From Eledone cirrhosa (taxonomy: Eukaryota), in contig OZ024746.1 of NCBI GenBank assembly GCA_964016885.1, forward strand, positions 13,144,001 through 13,208,000: a stretch of DNA of 64,000 nucleotides. The letters run 5' to 3'. Shown piece by piece: positions 26,545-40,304 of the stretch (the first letter of the stretch is position 1; each line of letters opens with the position of its first letter). The notes under the pieces were generated by a model that saw only the letters and a program-made list of their open reading frames with translations, was not told the origin of the DNA and did not search any database. A program made the position numbers and the translations under genes.

Positions 26545-26983
26545 GCGCAACCGGTAAAAACTTAAAAACTTAAAACCACAACTGAATACTAACCCATACA
26601 ATCACTAATACTCTTTTATTCCTAATTAAACCATTTTTCAACTGTGAACAATTTGTCAGCATTTTCTATTCCGTTTACCAATATATAATAACTTGTGTGT
26701 TACACCTCTATTCTTTTAACTATATATATATATATATTATTTTTTTTTTTTTTTTTCATTTGACTGGGGAAAAATAAAAAAAAGATGACAACTTAGTTCT
26801 TAATTCCATTTCCATCTTCCAAAAAGTTACAACATATTTCTCTCCATCCACAGGTTCCTTGTTTGTTGTTTGTTGTCTTTTTTCTCTTAATGGTTAGAAT
26901 TGGTTTCTCTTATTCAGATTTAGATCAATAAATATATTAACTGGCTTAAACAGGCTTAGCAGATAACTTATCTACACACACAC

Positions 26984-27036
<53 letters not shown>

Positions 27037-27525
27037 AACACACGCATTCACACATTCACACATTCACACACTCTCACTCACATACACACACACACACTCA
27101 CACACACACATGCCCCCCCCCCCACTCTTTCTCTCACACATGCACACATACCCCCCCCCCCCCCCCCCCCCCCCCGAGACAAACAGACAGGGAGATAGAC
27201 AACAAACTGAAGTAGTAAACACCATCTGAATTAGGCAGATTTATTTTATTAGATCTATCTGATATATATTTTTAATCAATCATGTCACTTTATTTTTTAG
27301 CAGGCAATTTTTTAGCAGGCAATTTTCTAAGATATGACTATCAGCGGTGCTAAAATGGCAGTAAAACTGTAGTTTATTTATAATACCTTTGGAATGCTCT
27401 AGCAACAATGAATGACCCAGATAACTGTTTCACTTCTACTATTTTCACAGCAGCAAATTAATTTCCATTGAGAGTAACTAAAACCAGGTTAATAGACAAG
27501 GAATAAATGAAGGATACTCTGGCAC

Positions 27526-28320
27526 ATACACTTACATAGACACATATATACACTTACATAGACACATATATACACTTACATAGACACATATATACACTTA
27601 CATAGACACATATATACACTTACATAGACACATATATACACTTACATAGACACATATATACACTTACATAGACACATATATACACTTACATAGACACATA
27701 TATACACTTACATAGACACATATATACACTTACATAGACACATATATACACTTACATAGACACATATATACACTTACACAGACACATACATACACTTACA
27801 TAGACACATATATGCACTTACATAAACATATATACACTTACATAGACACATATATACACTTACATAGACACATATATACACTTACATAGACACATATATA
27901 CACTTACATAGACACATATATACACTTACATAGACACATATATACACTTACATAGACACATATATACACTTACATAGACACATATATACACTTACATAGG
28001 CACATATATACACTTACATAGACACATATATACACTTACATAAACATATATACACTTACATAGACACATATATACACTTACATAGACACATATATACACT
28101 TACATAGACACATATATACACTTACATAGACACATATATACACTTACATAGACACATATATACACTTACATAAACATATATACACTTACATAGACACATA
28201 TATACACTTACATAGACACATATATACACTTACATAGACACATATATATACACTTACATAGACACATATATACACTTACATAAACACATATATACACTTA
28301 CATAAACACATATATACACT
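27526..28320. repeat. Minisatellite, 22-bp unit (CACTTACATAGACACATATATA), ~36 copies
   Basis: Direct tandem repetition. Confidence 0.97.
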
Positions 28321-28324
28321 TACT

Positions 28325-28426
28325 TGTATGTGCATATGTATGTATGCATGTATGTATGTACGTGTATATGTATGCATGTGTATATGTAGGTGTATATGTA
28401 TGTATGCATACATGTATGTATGTGTA

Positions 28427-28467
<41 letters not shown>

Positions 28468-28810
28468 ATATGTATATATATGTATATGTATGCGTATATA
28501 TGTGTATATGTGTATATGTATACATACACATACCTATACACATACATATACATATACATATATATACACATGTACACATATATGCGCATACATATACATA
28601 TATATACATACACATATATATATACATATATACACATACATACATGTATGCATACATACATATACACATACATATACACCTACATATGCACATACATACA
28701 TATACACGTACATACATATATGCATACATATGCACATACATGCATATATACATGTATATACATATGCACATACATATACACATATATGCATATACACATA
28801 CATACACACA
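28325..28810. repeat. Compound TATG/CATA microsatellite with quasi-palindromic halves
   Basis: The left half (TATG-rich) mirrors the right half (CATA-rich). Confidence 0.8.
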
Positions 28811-29588
28811 AGTATGGTGTATTGCATTATGGGGAGGAGGTGGAGGCCGTGTGTGTGTGTGTGTGTGTGTGTAGAAAGCTGTGAAATATGTCACTGATGG
28901 GATCACTTTTCATTTATGATGTCATATCAAGTATTTCAAGCCACTGTCCTGATAAACACCCTGTCACCTCAATGGTTGTTGTTATTTATCATGTTAGTAG
29001 CTTCCTCAGTCAAATATATTTGATGTGAAAAAAATTACTCTTTGCTTTCTCTTGGCAATTGTTCAACTGTTATCTCTTTATCTAACAGGTGGGAGAGAAG
29101 AAGATAAGGTAGGCATAGTGAAATATATCTGAATGGTTTTCTTGTTTATTTACTTTCTTTCTTAAAATTTGCATTAGGGATAGTAAGATGTACATTATTG
29201 CATTCAACTGAGCTATATACCAGAGAATGTGGAAGAATTAAAAGGAATTTATTGTTGAACAAAAGTATTTATTAATGAAAGTATTTAAAGAAAAAAGGAT
29301 TAAAATAATAAACAGGAAGAGAGAAGAAAAAGAGAGAAAAGGGAAGAAAAAAGATTAAATAATGAAAAAAAAGGGGGAAGATAGAAGGCAGGACATGTCA
29401 GTTGTGTCCCAAGGACAAGATGGCAAAATATTACCTCAGTGAACAGCCAGGGTTGGCTGTTGCATCAAGTGGGATGAAAGCCTCTTGATTTTGTGAAGGA
29501 AAATGGAAGTTCAGGGACCGAGTCCACTGAAGATCTCGATAATGACCAGTACAACACAGAAGTGATCAGTCAAATGATGGTATTTGGA

Positions 29589-29795
29589 TATCTTCCAGAT
29601 CCTTTAAAACCTCCATGCTTCCTGAGATTCGCCAACACTACACCTAATATTCCCCCTCCATACACACGCACACATATATATCATGACTCATACACTATTC
29701 ACTTCCCTGACATTTGTACATTATTCTATGTACTATACATGCACCTTTGATGAGTTGTAGTGCACCTGAGCACTTTACACAATAATTTCATTATC
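29589..29795 (+). mobile_element. 3' end of a CR1/L2-like LINE
   Basis: ATCCTTTAAAACCTCCATG...GCACCTTTGATGAGTTGTAGTGCACCTGAGCACTTTACACAATAATTTCATTAT; inverted homologue starts at 30020. Confidence 0.65.
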
Positions 29796-30019
29796 ATCTC
29801 TGCCTTACAAGTGGAAGTAGCTAGGCTTACAATAGTAAATATAGAGTAATGTTAATGTTAAAGGGTTAGCCCCTCAAACAAAAAAAGGGGTTGTTCCATC
29901 TGGGTGCTTAGCTTCACTGTCAAAGCTGCAGGTGATACCAACAGTAATAATATTAAGGTTGCAGGCGATTACAACAGTAATAACTGTTTCTGATTTAGGT
30001 ACAAATAATGATAATAATA

Positions 30020-30680
30020 ATAATAATGAAATTATTGTGTAAAGTGCTCAGGTGCACTACAACTCATCAAAGGTGCATATATATATAGTACATAGAATAA
30101 TATACATTGCAGTGTCTCGGCAGCTAACAACTGATACAGGTAGTTTGTTCCATGGAGGTTTTAAAGGATGCAGTGTCTCGACAGCTAACAACTGATGCAG
30201 GTAGTTTGTTCCATGGAGGTTTTAAAGGATGCAGTGTCTCGACAGCTAACAACTGATGTAGGTAGTTTGTTCCATGGAGGTTTTAAAGGATGCAGTGTCT
30301 CGACAGCTAACAACTGATGTAGGTAGTTTGTTCCATGGAGGTTTTAAAGGATGCAGTGTCTCGACAGCTAACAACTGATGCAGGTAGTTTGTTCCATGGA
30401 GGTTTTAAAGGATGCAGTGTCTCGACAGCTAACAACTGATGTAGGTAGTTTGTTCCATGGAGGTTTTAAAGGATGCAGTGTCTCGACAGCTAACAACTGA
30501 TGTAGGTAGTTTGTTCCATGGAGGTTTTAAAGGATGCAGTGTCTCGACAGCTAACAACTGATGCAGGTAGTTTGTTCCATGCTTCGGCAACTCTGAGCAT
30601 GAAAAAATGTTTCTGAAAGTTATGGGAGCTGTGCTATTTTCTGACTTTGTTGGCATGCCCACTTGTGTTAGACACATGGA
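30020..30680 (-). mobile_element. 3' end of the same CR1/L2-like LINE family with an internal 61-bp amplification
   Basis: Minus strand encodes RKHFFMLRVAEAWNKLPASVVSCRDTASFK, a typical CR1/L2 ORF2 end, followed by 3'UTR and (ATT)n tail. Confidence 0.75.
30109..30581. repeat. Minisatellite, 61-bp unit, ~7.7 copies
   Basis: GCAGTGTCTCGACAGCTAACAACTGATGYAGGTAGTTTGTTCCATGGAGGTTTTAAAGGAT in tandem. Confidence 0.97.
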
Positions 30681-30699
30681 AATCAAAAAACAAGGTCAA

Positions 30700-30885
30700 C
30701 AATTTGTGGGGTCGGGAAAGTCAATTAAATTGAACCAGTGCATTACTGGTACTTTATTTTGTCGAGCCTTAAGGATGAAAGGCAAAGCTAACCTTGGCAG
30801 GATTTGAAATCAGAACATAAAGGGCCATAACTCTGTGCTGCAAAGAATGGTGTCTGATGCTCTACCGATACTGCCAATCCATTGC
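30700..30885 (-). mobile_element. SINE family A copy
   Basis: CCAGTGCATTACTGGTACTTTATTTT..GGATGAAAGGCAAAG..GATTTGAAATCAG. Confidence 0.75.
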
Positions 30886-31333
30886 CCAATAATGATATTG
30901 ATAACAACTTTCGTCTCTGTTGTTGCTGCTGCCATTGATATCACCAGATTTGTTACTTCTGAGCTGCTCTTGTTGTTGTTGTTGTTGCTATCTGCTTGGT
31001 GTATGTCAGCTTGTCTCCCATTCTGAACTTTGGCTTTTGAAGTCTTGTTCTTGTTGCAGTTGCTGTTCCTTTGAGTTAGTGATTATTAATTGTTAACTCA
31101 ACTACTTTGTTGTTTGTGGGAGAAGTTATCTCTCTTCTTAGCCTTAGTCCTTTTTTAATGGGACTACTATGATGCTATTAATATGTAAAAGACAGGACCC
31201 AACTTTATCCTCAAATCTTATTTAGCCTTTTGGAAATACTTGAAACGTTGGATGAAAGAAATTTTGGGGAATGTAAACTCTTTGGTGTTTGTTGAGGATT
31301 CTGTACTTAAATCCTAAAGTTAATCTTGAAGAA

Positions 31334-31697
31334 GGTGGTGGTGGTGGTGGAGGCCGTGGTGGGGGTGGGGGTGGAGGCGGCTGTAGGGGTGACGGCGGTG
31401 GTGGTGGTGGAGGCGGCTGTGGGGGTGACGGCGGTGGTGGAGGCGGATGTGGGGGGGACGGCAGTGGTGGTGATGGAGGCGGATGTGGGGGGTGATGGCG
31501 GTGGTGGTGGTGGAGGCGGCTGGGGGGGTGACGGCGGTGGTGGTGGAGGAGGCGGTTGTGGGGGGTGACGGCGGCGGTGGTGGTGGAGGCGGCTGTGGGG
31601 GTGACGGCGGTGGTGGTGGAGGAGCCGGTTGTGGGGGGTGACGGCGGCGGTGGTGGTGGAGGAGGCGGTTGTGGGGGTGACAGAGGTGGTGGTGGTG
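31334..31697. repeat. G-rich compound repeat (GGT/GGC/GGGGGTGAC)
   Basis: About 10 imperfect units of GGTGGTGGAGGCGGCTGTGGGGGTGACGGC. Confidence 0.9.
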
Positions 31698-31715
31698 CTA
31701 TGTGTGTGTATGTTT

Positions 31716-31910
31716 ATATTTATGTTCATACATGGTACAAAAGTGCTACCTAAGGTTTCAAGGTCTAGCATTGACCATATCTACAGATTGTAAAAGGGAT
31801 CAAAATTGTGACCTAATTTTCAGGGGCTTAGATCCTTCTTACAATCTGGAGATATGATCAATAAGGGGCCTTAAAAGGTTTTTTTGTTCCATGTATGAAC
31901 ATAAATAAAT
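31716..31910. repeat. Fold-back inverted repeat (~195 bp)
   Basis: TATTTATGTTCATACATGGTACAAAA..ATTGACCATATCTACAGATTGTAAAAGGGATC versus GATCCTTCTTACAATCTGGAGATATGATCAAT..TTTTGTTCCATGTATGAACATAAATA. Confidence 0.8.
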
Positions 31911-31968
31911 AATATATCAGCTCTCACCCTGATTGAGTAGTTTTCCTTTTTCATACCTACAAATATTT

Positions 31969-32044
<76 letters not shown>

Positions 32045-34778
32045 GTATTATATCAGTATTCTCATATTTAGTAGTTTACACATACACAGTATTATATCAA
32101 GGTTCTCATAATTACTAGTTTTAGAAACCTGTATTGCTTTTCATGTTTACTTAACAGTTATTTTCTCTTTGAAAACAAAGTTAAAACATAAAGAAATATC
32201 AACTCATCACTATAACATTTGTTATTGCTTTAAGTAGAAATTATTGTTACAACTATTTCACCTTCTGGCAAGACTCACAGACTTCTCCCAAATATTCCTT
32301 TACTTCTACAATTACAAGAATATTACAAGACTATTTTTTTACATTTTAGTCTGAGAAAGGAAGGTAGTATCTATTAACAGGCTCTCCTATATTTGTGAGG
32401 TTAATGTGCTTGATTTTCTACTTAATCTATTCGATACTAAACTGTTTGAAACCACTCCTGGTTCTACGGTACAACACTGTTTGTTTTTAAGTGTCTATAT
32501 TCAGCATCATTATCATCATCACCATCACCATCATCACTGTTTAACGGCTAGCTTTGATGCTTGCGTGGGTTAGATGGGTTGTCATGTTATGTTATGAACC
32601 TTGTTTTCTATGGCTGGATGCACTTCCTAATGCCAACCATATTGCAGCATGTACTGGCTGCTTTTGTTGTAGCACCAGCACAACCACCTTACAAAGTGGA
32701 CTGGCTGCCTTTTGTCATGGCACAACCTGGCTTTGAGCCAGGTTTTGGTGCTGGAGAGGGGGTGGGGGCACTCTTTCACAAGGAACATAATTCAGGACAC
32801 TTTTTTAATAAATTCTATTTTCTAAATCTGTGTGTGCACCATTGAAGCATAAAGGGTAGTATCATATAGTGTCTCCAGGGGTGGATATGCCTCAATGTTA
32901 GCAGAGTTCCCTTTGTCGCAGGTATTTGGGCCAGGTCTCCAGCTTGAGAAACATTTCTTATCAATCAGAGAGACCCTGAAAATGATTATACCCACAAGCC
33001 TCCCTCCCTCGACTGAACCATTAAACATTAAATGTTTTGAAACCTGTCTCTTACACCTTTTCTGTGTATGAATTCCACGAGCAGACTTTTGTTGGTATTT
33101 TTGCTCAGCAGTGTTCCTGCATTCTATAAGTTTTATAATTAACCCAAGTAATTCTGGATTTCTTACAGCTAACATAGATATACTATTACTTGGTAGTTTG
33201 AATGTCTAGTTAAGCAGTGGTTGTGAAGAGGATTTTGACTTGACACCATATTGTATAATTTACCTACTGGTAATGACAGGAACAGAGATAACTAGTGTAT
33301 GGGGGGGGGGGGTCAATATGTGAGTGTGGGGCGAGAGTGAACAAAAGAAGATTCAACTTCTGTTTGATACATTATGACAATTCAGTTGAAGGTGAATCAT
33401 GTCAAATATAACAAGAAAAACAAAACAAAATAAAGCTCTATGAAGATGAAAATATAAACATGAATTCAAAAGAAAGAAAAGAAAATTGAAGCAAAAAATA
33501 GAAACGAAAATAATGGAAAAAATTCTATTAAAAAAAAGCGCGTCAGTAGCAAGAAATTTGCCTGAGTGGGTAGATAATAGTATGTCTTCCCCCTTGAACT
33601 GGCCAACAGAAAGCCAGGGAGAGAGGGTGTAAAAGAGAAAGAGGATACAAGGAAATATCTTTATTTTTTCTTCTTTGGAATGATTATAAGTTAAATAGAA
33701 AGAAGCAAGAATATTGATAGTAGGTGGATGATTAAAGATATTTTCTAATTGTAGTTACATAGTTAGCATTCTACATTTATATGGAGAATATGAACAAGTT
33801 GTAGTTATATTATATGACAACAAAATATCTAACAGTGTGAGTTGTGTTTACATATATGTGGGCTGCCTCACAGTTCTTCTTATCTAGGTCAGCCTAGTGG
33901 ACAAAGCTATGTTATGCTGAGGAGTAAAACAGGCTGACAAATCTTATCAGATCTTATCCTATCCAATTGAATGAGTTAATAAAATCAGCATTTGTGTTGT
34001 TCTTTGTTAATTGTTGTTGTTGTTGCTGCCATTGAAAACATTGCAGATGAAATTTAAAACTATTCAACCATTCACATCCCCACATAAACTGCTTTATAAT
34101 GCTGCCAGCCTATTGCAATTAAAGTATATTCCTGAAATTCAAGTCAAAACAATTAAATGTTTAAAGTATTGGGTTTATTTGTTTATGTTATGTAATTCAA
34201 TCTGAAAGCTTGTCTAGAGAATAAAAAAAAAGCAACAAAAGGTTTTCTATCTTTTCATAGGTTTCTGCTGAAATAGCTTGTTAGGTAAACAATACTCTTA
34301 CAGTTTCTTTATACCTAACTTTAACACTAGTTGGCACTGCTATACTGCAGTAACCAACATTCATTCTTACATCTTCTATTCTCAACATATATAATACGTT
34401 TCCTTTTGTACAGGTGTGGTTGAAATATTTTACTAGCATTCATATTTATTGTTCATACATTTTATGAATCACTAGAGGTACACAGGAGCTATTAAATATG
34501 AAATTTTCCTCATTCATTCACATGTTATAATTAATTAATTAATGTAAATGAATAAAAGATTTCATAGATTTTGCTACTGGTTTTATAGTATTTTTTACAA
34601 ATCATTATTGTACCTGTTATAGAAATGAAAGCTGTGACTGAACTCTTTCATATTAAGTGGTTATATGCTTCTGAAAATTTACATATCTGCTTCAATTGAT
34701 GCAGCAGGTTGCTTTTAAAGCTTTACCCATGAATATGTTTGTTGATGCCAAACATCCAGTTAACGTAGGAGTGAGACT

Positions 34779-34810
34779 GCATCATCATCATCATCATTAT
34801 CACCATCACC

Positions 34811-34844
<34 letters not shown>

Positions 34845-35009
34845 TCATCATCACCATCATCATCATCAGCAACATCATCATCATCATCACCATCACCATC
34901 ATCAGCAACATCATCATCATTATCACCATCACCATCATCATTATCACCATCATCACCAGCATCATCATCATCGTCATCATCCCCACCACCACCATCATCA
35001 TCACCGTTG

Positions 35010-35041
<32 letters not shown>
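34779..35041. repeat. (CAT/CAC)n trinucleotide tract, probably the expanded tail of the adjacent minus-strand RTE
   Basis: Direct; lies at the 3' end of 35042-35600. Confidence 0.9.
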
Positions 35042-35042
<1 letters not shown>

Positions 35043-35600
35043 GGGTTGACTCGTGGCCTCTGTCCTGTTGCCAGCAAAACCAACTTATTGAGTACATTGG
35101 GGGCTACCTCTTGTCATGTTACCAGCATGGCCACCTTATAGGTTGGTCTGGGTGCTTTTGTTGTTATGGCTCCAGATCACTATACAGGGTGGACAAAGTG
35201 TTTTATGGAAGGAGGGGAGAGCATGTCCAGCTTTCCATGCTTGTATGCAGGGGTTGAATAGGACAGGAGAGGTATGTGTGGAGGGGAGGAGGTATATAAG
35301 GGGGACATGGATGAGATGTATGAGATATTTAGTTGGTGAAGGTGGGGTATTAAGACTGGGAAGGATAAATGGGGGAGGAACAGGGAGATGGTTGGTGTGG
35401 TTTAGTGACCTCTGTGACCTCCTGTGCATGTGGGAAAGTAGGTCTTCTGCAGTACAGCATAACGCCAAACATCTCGAACCTGTGTCATCTCCTTTGAGAG
35501 GTTTAATTGTGCAAGGTCAGTTTTTATCACTTCATCCCAAGCTTTCCTAGGTTTTCTTCCATAGTTTCCATTAACTTTAAGTGCCTTGCTCTTTTACATA
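35042..35600 (-). mobile_element. RTE LINE 3' fragment
   Basis: Minus strand GRKPRKAWDEVIKTDLAQLNLSKEMTQVRDVWRYAVLQKT, then 3'UTR and (GAT)n. Confidence 0.75.
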
Positions 35601-35654
35601 TATATACACACACGCACACACACATATATATATATATCATTTTTCATCATTTCA

Positions 35655-35980
35655 TTTCATTTTACGTCCGCTTTTCCCTGCTTGCAAGGGTGGGACGGGA
35701 ACTGATTCTGGCTTGATTTCTACAGCTGGATGCCCTTCCTAACACCAACCTCATTTACAGTGAGTGCTGGGTGCTTTTTTTGCCGTGGCACCTCCACGAC
35801 CACTTTACAGTGGAATGATAGGGAACCCAGTCCCTATCATCTCATTTCTACAGCTGAGTAAACTGGAGCAATGTGAAATAAAGTGTCTTGCTCAAGGAAA
35901 CAACACATAACCCGGTCTGAGAATTGAACTCACAACCTTTCGATTGCAAGGCCAATGCTCTAACCACTAAGCCATGTGCC
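35655..35980 (-). mobile_element. SINE family B copy
   Basis: Reverse complement of the 7337-7763 family; very similar to 49385-49710. Confidence 0.85.
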
Positions 35981-36939
35981 TATACAATATATATATATAT
36001 ATATATATTGTATATATCTAGGAAGTAGGTATATTGTATATATCTAGGAAGTAGGTATAGTATATATATCTGCACACAAGTGCCATCTAGCATGTGGCCT
36101 TTCTCAAGAGAGGAGCAGCTAGGAATTCGATACTGTGTAATCATTGAAAACAGTGGGTACAGTACAAAGGCATAGAGATCTTTGGCAGTTTGACGTGAAT
36201 TCATGACTTCAGATGGAAATAGTTACCAATAAGAGCATCTATTAAATTATGTCCATGAACAACTCAAACAGCAGTTGATACTAGGTGATTCTATCAGAGC
36301 TGGAGTTGATTCTAAGAAATGTGTAGCTAAAATAAGAAAGGTGTTGAAAAGGTTGTGGGAGCTATTCTCTCTGGTAGAAATAAAGTTATTTTTGTTTGTT
36401 TGGTTGTTCAGGTGAAGAATAAATTAGATGAGCATGAATAAGGAGTGTAATCATATCTTTAATAGTTCATCATGTATGAAGAAATGGTACAGAGGATTAA
36501 ATGTATGAGTTCTACTTTCTTCTATTTACACAAATTGTGCTACAAGTGTGGTAATACTGAAATATGGTCTTTGAATGCAGACTTGCAAAGGTGTATAGAA
36601 ATGAATCAAATGTAATCTATTGCATGATAAAGTTAACTTTCATAAAAGGTGGAGCACATTGAACGAGGAGAGAGGTTGGTCAGTAAAGGCTGAAGTGTTC
36701 TGGATGGCTCAAATCCTGTTATGGTCAACTTTGCCTTTTATCCTTATGTGTGTGTGTGTGGGGGGGGGGGTAAATAAAGTACCGGTCTAAAGTGGTTGAC
36801 AAGCAAAATTATTAAAGCATCAGATACATTCATACATGTATATAGTTGCAAAGTGAACACCTTAGCCACACAACCATGATTTTAGGAATGAATATTTGGA
36901 AGAATATTTAAATCTGAGTTTTTAGTTGGAATTAGACAT

Positions 36940-37340
36940 ACAGCTACTCATTTAGACCTTCTAACATCATCAATTAGACCAACAGCTGTTCATTAATACC
37001 TTCAAACGTCATCAATTAGACCAACAGCTGTTCAGTTATACCTTCAAACATCATCAATTAGACCTACAGCTGCTCAGTTATAACTTCAAACATCAATTAG
37101 ACCAACAGCTACTCATTTAGACCTTCAAACATCAATTAGACCAACAGCTGCTCATTAATACCTTCAAACATCATCAATTAGAACTACAACTGCTCTTTTA
37201 GACCTTCAAACATCTTCAATTAGACCTACAGCTGCTCTTTTAGACCTTCAAACATCATCAATTAGACCTACAGGTGTTCATTAATACCTTCAAACATCAA
37301 TTAGACCAACAGCTACTCATTTAGACCTTCAAACATCATT
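36940..37340. repeat. Degenerate ~40-43 bp tandem repeat
   Basis: CATCAATTAGACCWACAGCT..ACCTTCAAA repeated about 9 times. Confidence 0.85.
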
Positions 37341-37504
37341 AAAGTTTCAATAAGGAATGGAAGTTCAAATCTACTTAATACTCCCTTTTAGAATACATCC
37401 ATAAAACATATCACTCTGATCAATATACAAGATCCCAGACCTCATTGCCAAGTGGGATGGACCTCGTCAAATCTGACCAAGTAAACAATGTTTCCATTGG
37501 TCTT

Positions 37505-37625
37505 TCCATTGCTGGTACTATCTACTGGTCCATTGCTGGTACTATCTACTGGTCCATTGCTGGTACTATCTACTGGTCCATTGCTGGTACTATCTACTGG
37601 TCCATTGCTGGTACTATCTACTGGT
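37505..37625. repeat. 24-bp tandem repeat x5 next to a SINE B CORE fragment
   Basis: TCCATTGCTGGTACTATCTACTGG x5, followed by GGAGCAACGTGAAATCAAGTGTCTTGC. Confidence 0.9.
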
Positions 37626-38092
37626 CACAACTCCTGGCAGAAGGAGCAACGTGAAATCAAGTGTCTTGCATAAAAACATACTTGAGTCAAAAATGGAATC
37701 TCAACACAGTTGTAAACACGTAAAAACATCAGCTAAACCTCTCTCAAATCACACCCTATCATCTTTTGAAAATGGTAAGACATATTAGATTATGTAGTCC
37801 TAGATACATTATGCCTAAAAACAAAACATAATGATCATAGCTGTAATACCTTTGATCATAGGTTTGTACATACAAAGATAGCTGGAGGTTTAGCCACAAA
37901 TATAAACAGTTTATTTAAACACACACACAGACACACAGATATATACACAGACATACACATACACACACATACATATACACACACTGACACACATGCAGGC
38001 ACAGACAAACACGCAGACACATACACACACACATACACATGCATACACATGCGGACACACAAATATACACTCAGAGACACACACACATATGC

Positions 38093-38180
<88 letters not shown>

Positions 38181-39164
38181 ATTAAAATACTTTGAACTTC
38201 ATTGAAAGAAATCTTTCCAGCTATTGCACTAAATCCGTCATGTGTCCATGTCTGAAAATTCTTTTCATAAAAACAAAACTGAAGTTGGAAATGATAAATA
38301 TATGCTAGATAAAAATAGAAACATTTTGTAGGTGATAAATGAATGATCATTAAGTACTTTAGAAAAGCTGAAAAGCTGCCCTTGTTTCAAATAGAACAGT
38401 GTTTTCATAGATAAATTATAGAAAAGTCAATAGCAATCTCTCTTAAATTACATAGAAGCCTGCTCTCTAATAGAAACAAGAGCCATTCATTATCTTTCCC
38501 CAATGGCCCTCTACTTAAAGCTTCATGATGTTTTCCATGTCAGTCGATCTGCTGTTACTTCACTGCCTAAAAGGGATGCTATTGTTAGCTTTCTTTTCAA
38601 TTTATTATTTGCTTTTACAGTTCATATTGATTTAAGAAATTCTTAGTGAATCAAACGCTGTTCAAAGACAAAACTACAAATTACAGGATATACCAAATTC
38701 TTGTATTGGCAAACGTTCAGACCGATGTAATTAATAATACCAATAGCAACTAACAATACTCTGAACTATTAAATACTGTAATAACATTTTAGATTAAATA
38801 AATTCCTGATATTTAATTTAAGGTCATTTCTATATTCTTAATGACATAAAATATATATTGAGTGATATCACAACAATTTCTAGGGTTATTAAACCTACCT
38901 GTTAATTAAATCTACCTGTTTATTAAATCTACCTGTTTATTAAATCTACCTGAAGCAGAAACAGAATATGAAATCTAGTAGAAACAATTAGGACTATTAT
39001 AAATTTAATTTAATTTAATTAATTTAATTTATTTATTTATTATCATAATTATAATTATTATCATTATTTTTTTTTTAATTTAAAAATTAAACAGAAATAA
39101 TAATAATAATAATAATTGTTTTTACTTTACCATATTTTAAATAATAATAATAATAATAATAATT

Positions 39165-39365
39165 GTTTCTACGTTAGGCACAAGGCCAGCAATAACCCAG
39201 TGTATTACTGGTACTTTATTTTATCGACCCCGTAAGGATGAAAGGCAAAGTTAACCAAAGTTAACCAAAATTAACGGGATTTGAACTCAGAATGGCAAGG
39301 GACAGAGTTATGGCCCTTTACGTTCTGAGTTCAAATCCCACTGATGTTAGTTTTGCCTTTCATCC
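39165..39365. mobile_element. Head-to-head SINE family A fragments
   Basis: Minus copy 39165-39300 followed directly by plus fragment 39303-39365. Confidence 0.7.
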
Positions 39366-40304
39366 AAGATATCTTTCCACCTCTCTATTGAACTCACTCC
39401 CCACCTCACTTTATTCTTCAGTGGCAGGAAGCTCTCCCTTCCAGAATCTACTTATAACATAACATTCTTAACCTAAGTTTCTACGTAATGTTGGTTATCT
39501 TGTCTCTTTCAAATGTAAGACATCAGCAAAACAAAAACAATACCTCAGATAAACATATATTTATCAATTCTGGAGAAGATAAGTAGTTATTTAGTTAAGA
39601 GGTAGTGTTTATGTGAAATAGAAGTAACACCAAATTTAGCAGACAGGAAACACAAGAAAGATATACACAATTAGATATACACAATTCTTAACAGGAGTGA
39701 AAATGTTAGCGTATTCACAAACATGGATTGAAAGCTGGGTTAAATGGCTTCACTGGATTTTTTCAGATATTCTTTAATAGTCTGAAGATATTCTTTAATA
39801 GTCTGAAGTAATTATCATTTTATTTTGCTGTAACAACACTGACTATATACTGCTACAACATTCTGGTACGATATTCTCTTCAACATTGTAAGAATTCTTG
39901 TTTTAACCCTTTCATTTATATATTCCTAATGAAATTATCTGTATTTCAATTAATTTATGAAGAACTTGGAGGGACTTACTAAAATTATAAATTATTTCAG
40001 TATGATAGTAAGGGTGGTGGATTTGAAGGGTTGGCAGAGCATCAGAAAAATGCTTAGCTGTATTTGTTTTGGCTGTTGATGTTCTGGGTTCAAATCCTGC
40101 CATGGTTAATTATGCATTTCATCCTTCTGGGGTCAATATGACCAACTTTCCTTTCCCCTAAATTGACGACCTTGTGTTAAAATTAGAAATCATTAATAAA
40201 TGGACTTCAGAAAGTCCTAATATTGCAGCTCAAAGACATCAAGACCTTTGGGAACTGGATTAAAACAAAATTTCCCCATTAGGCATTAAAATTAATAATA
40301 AACA

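Noticed and set aside
31289-31771. Gly-rich / Pro-rich structural protein exon
   Set aside because: Frames shift and stop within the repeat; no start or splice context
34696-35097. Poly-His / poly-Asp / poly-Met ORFs
   Set aside because: A (CAT)n expansion at a LINE tail with no splice or homology support
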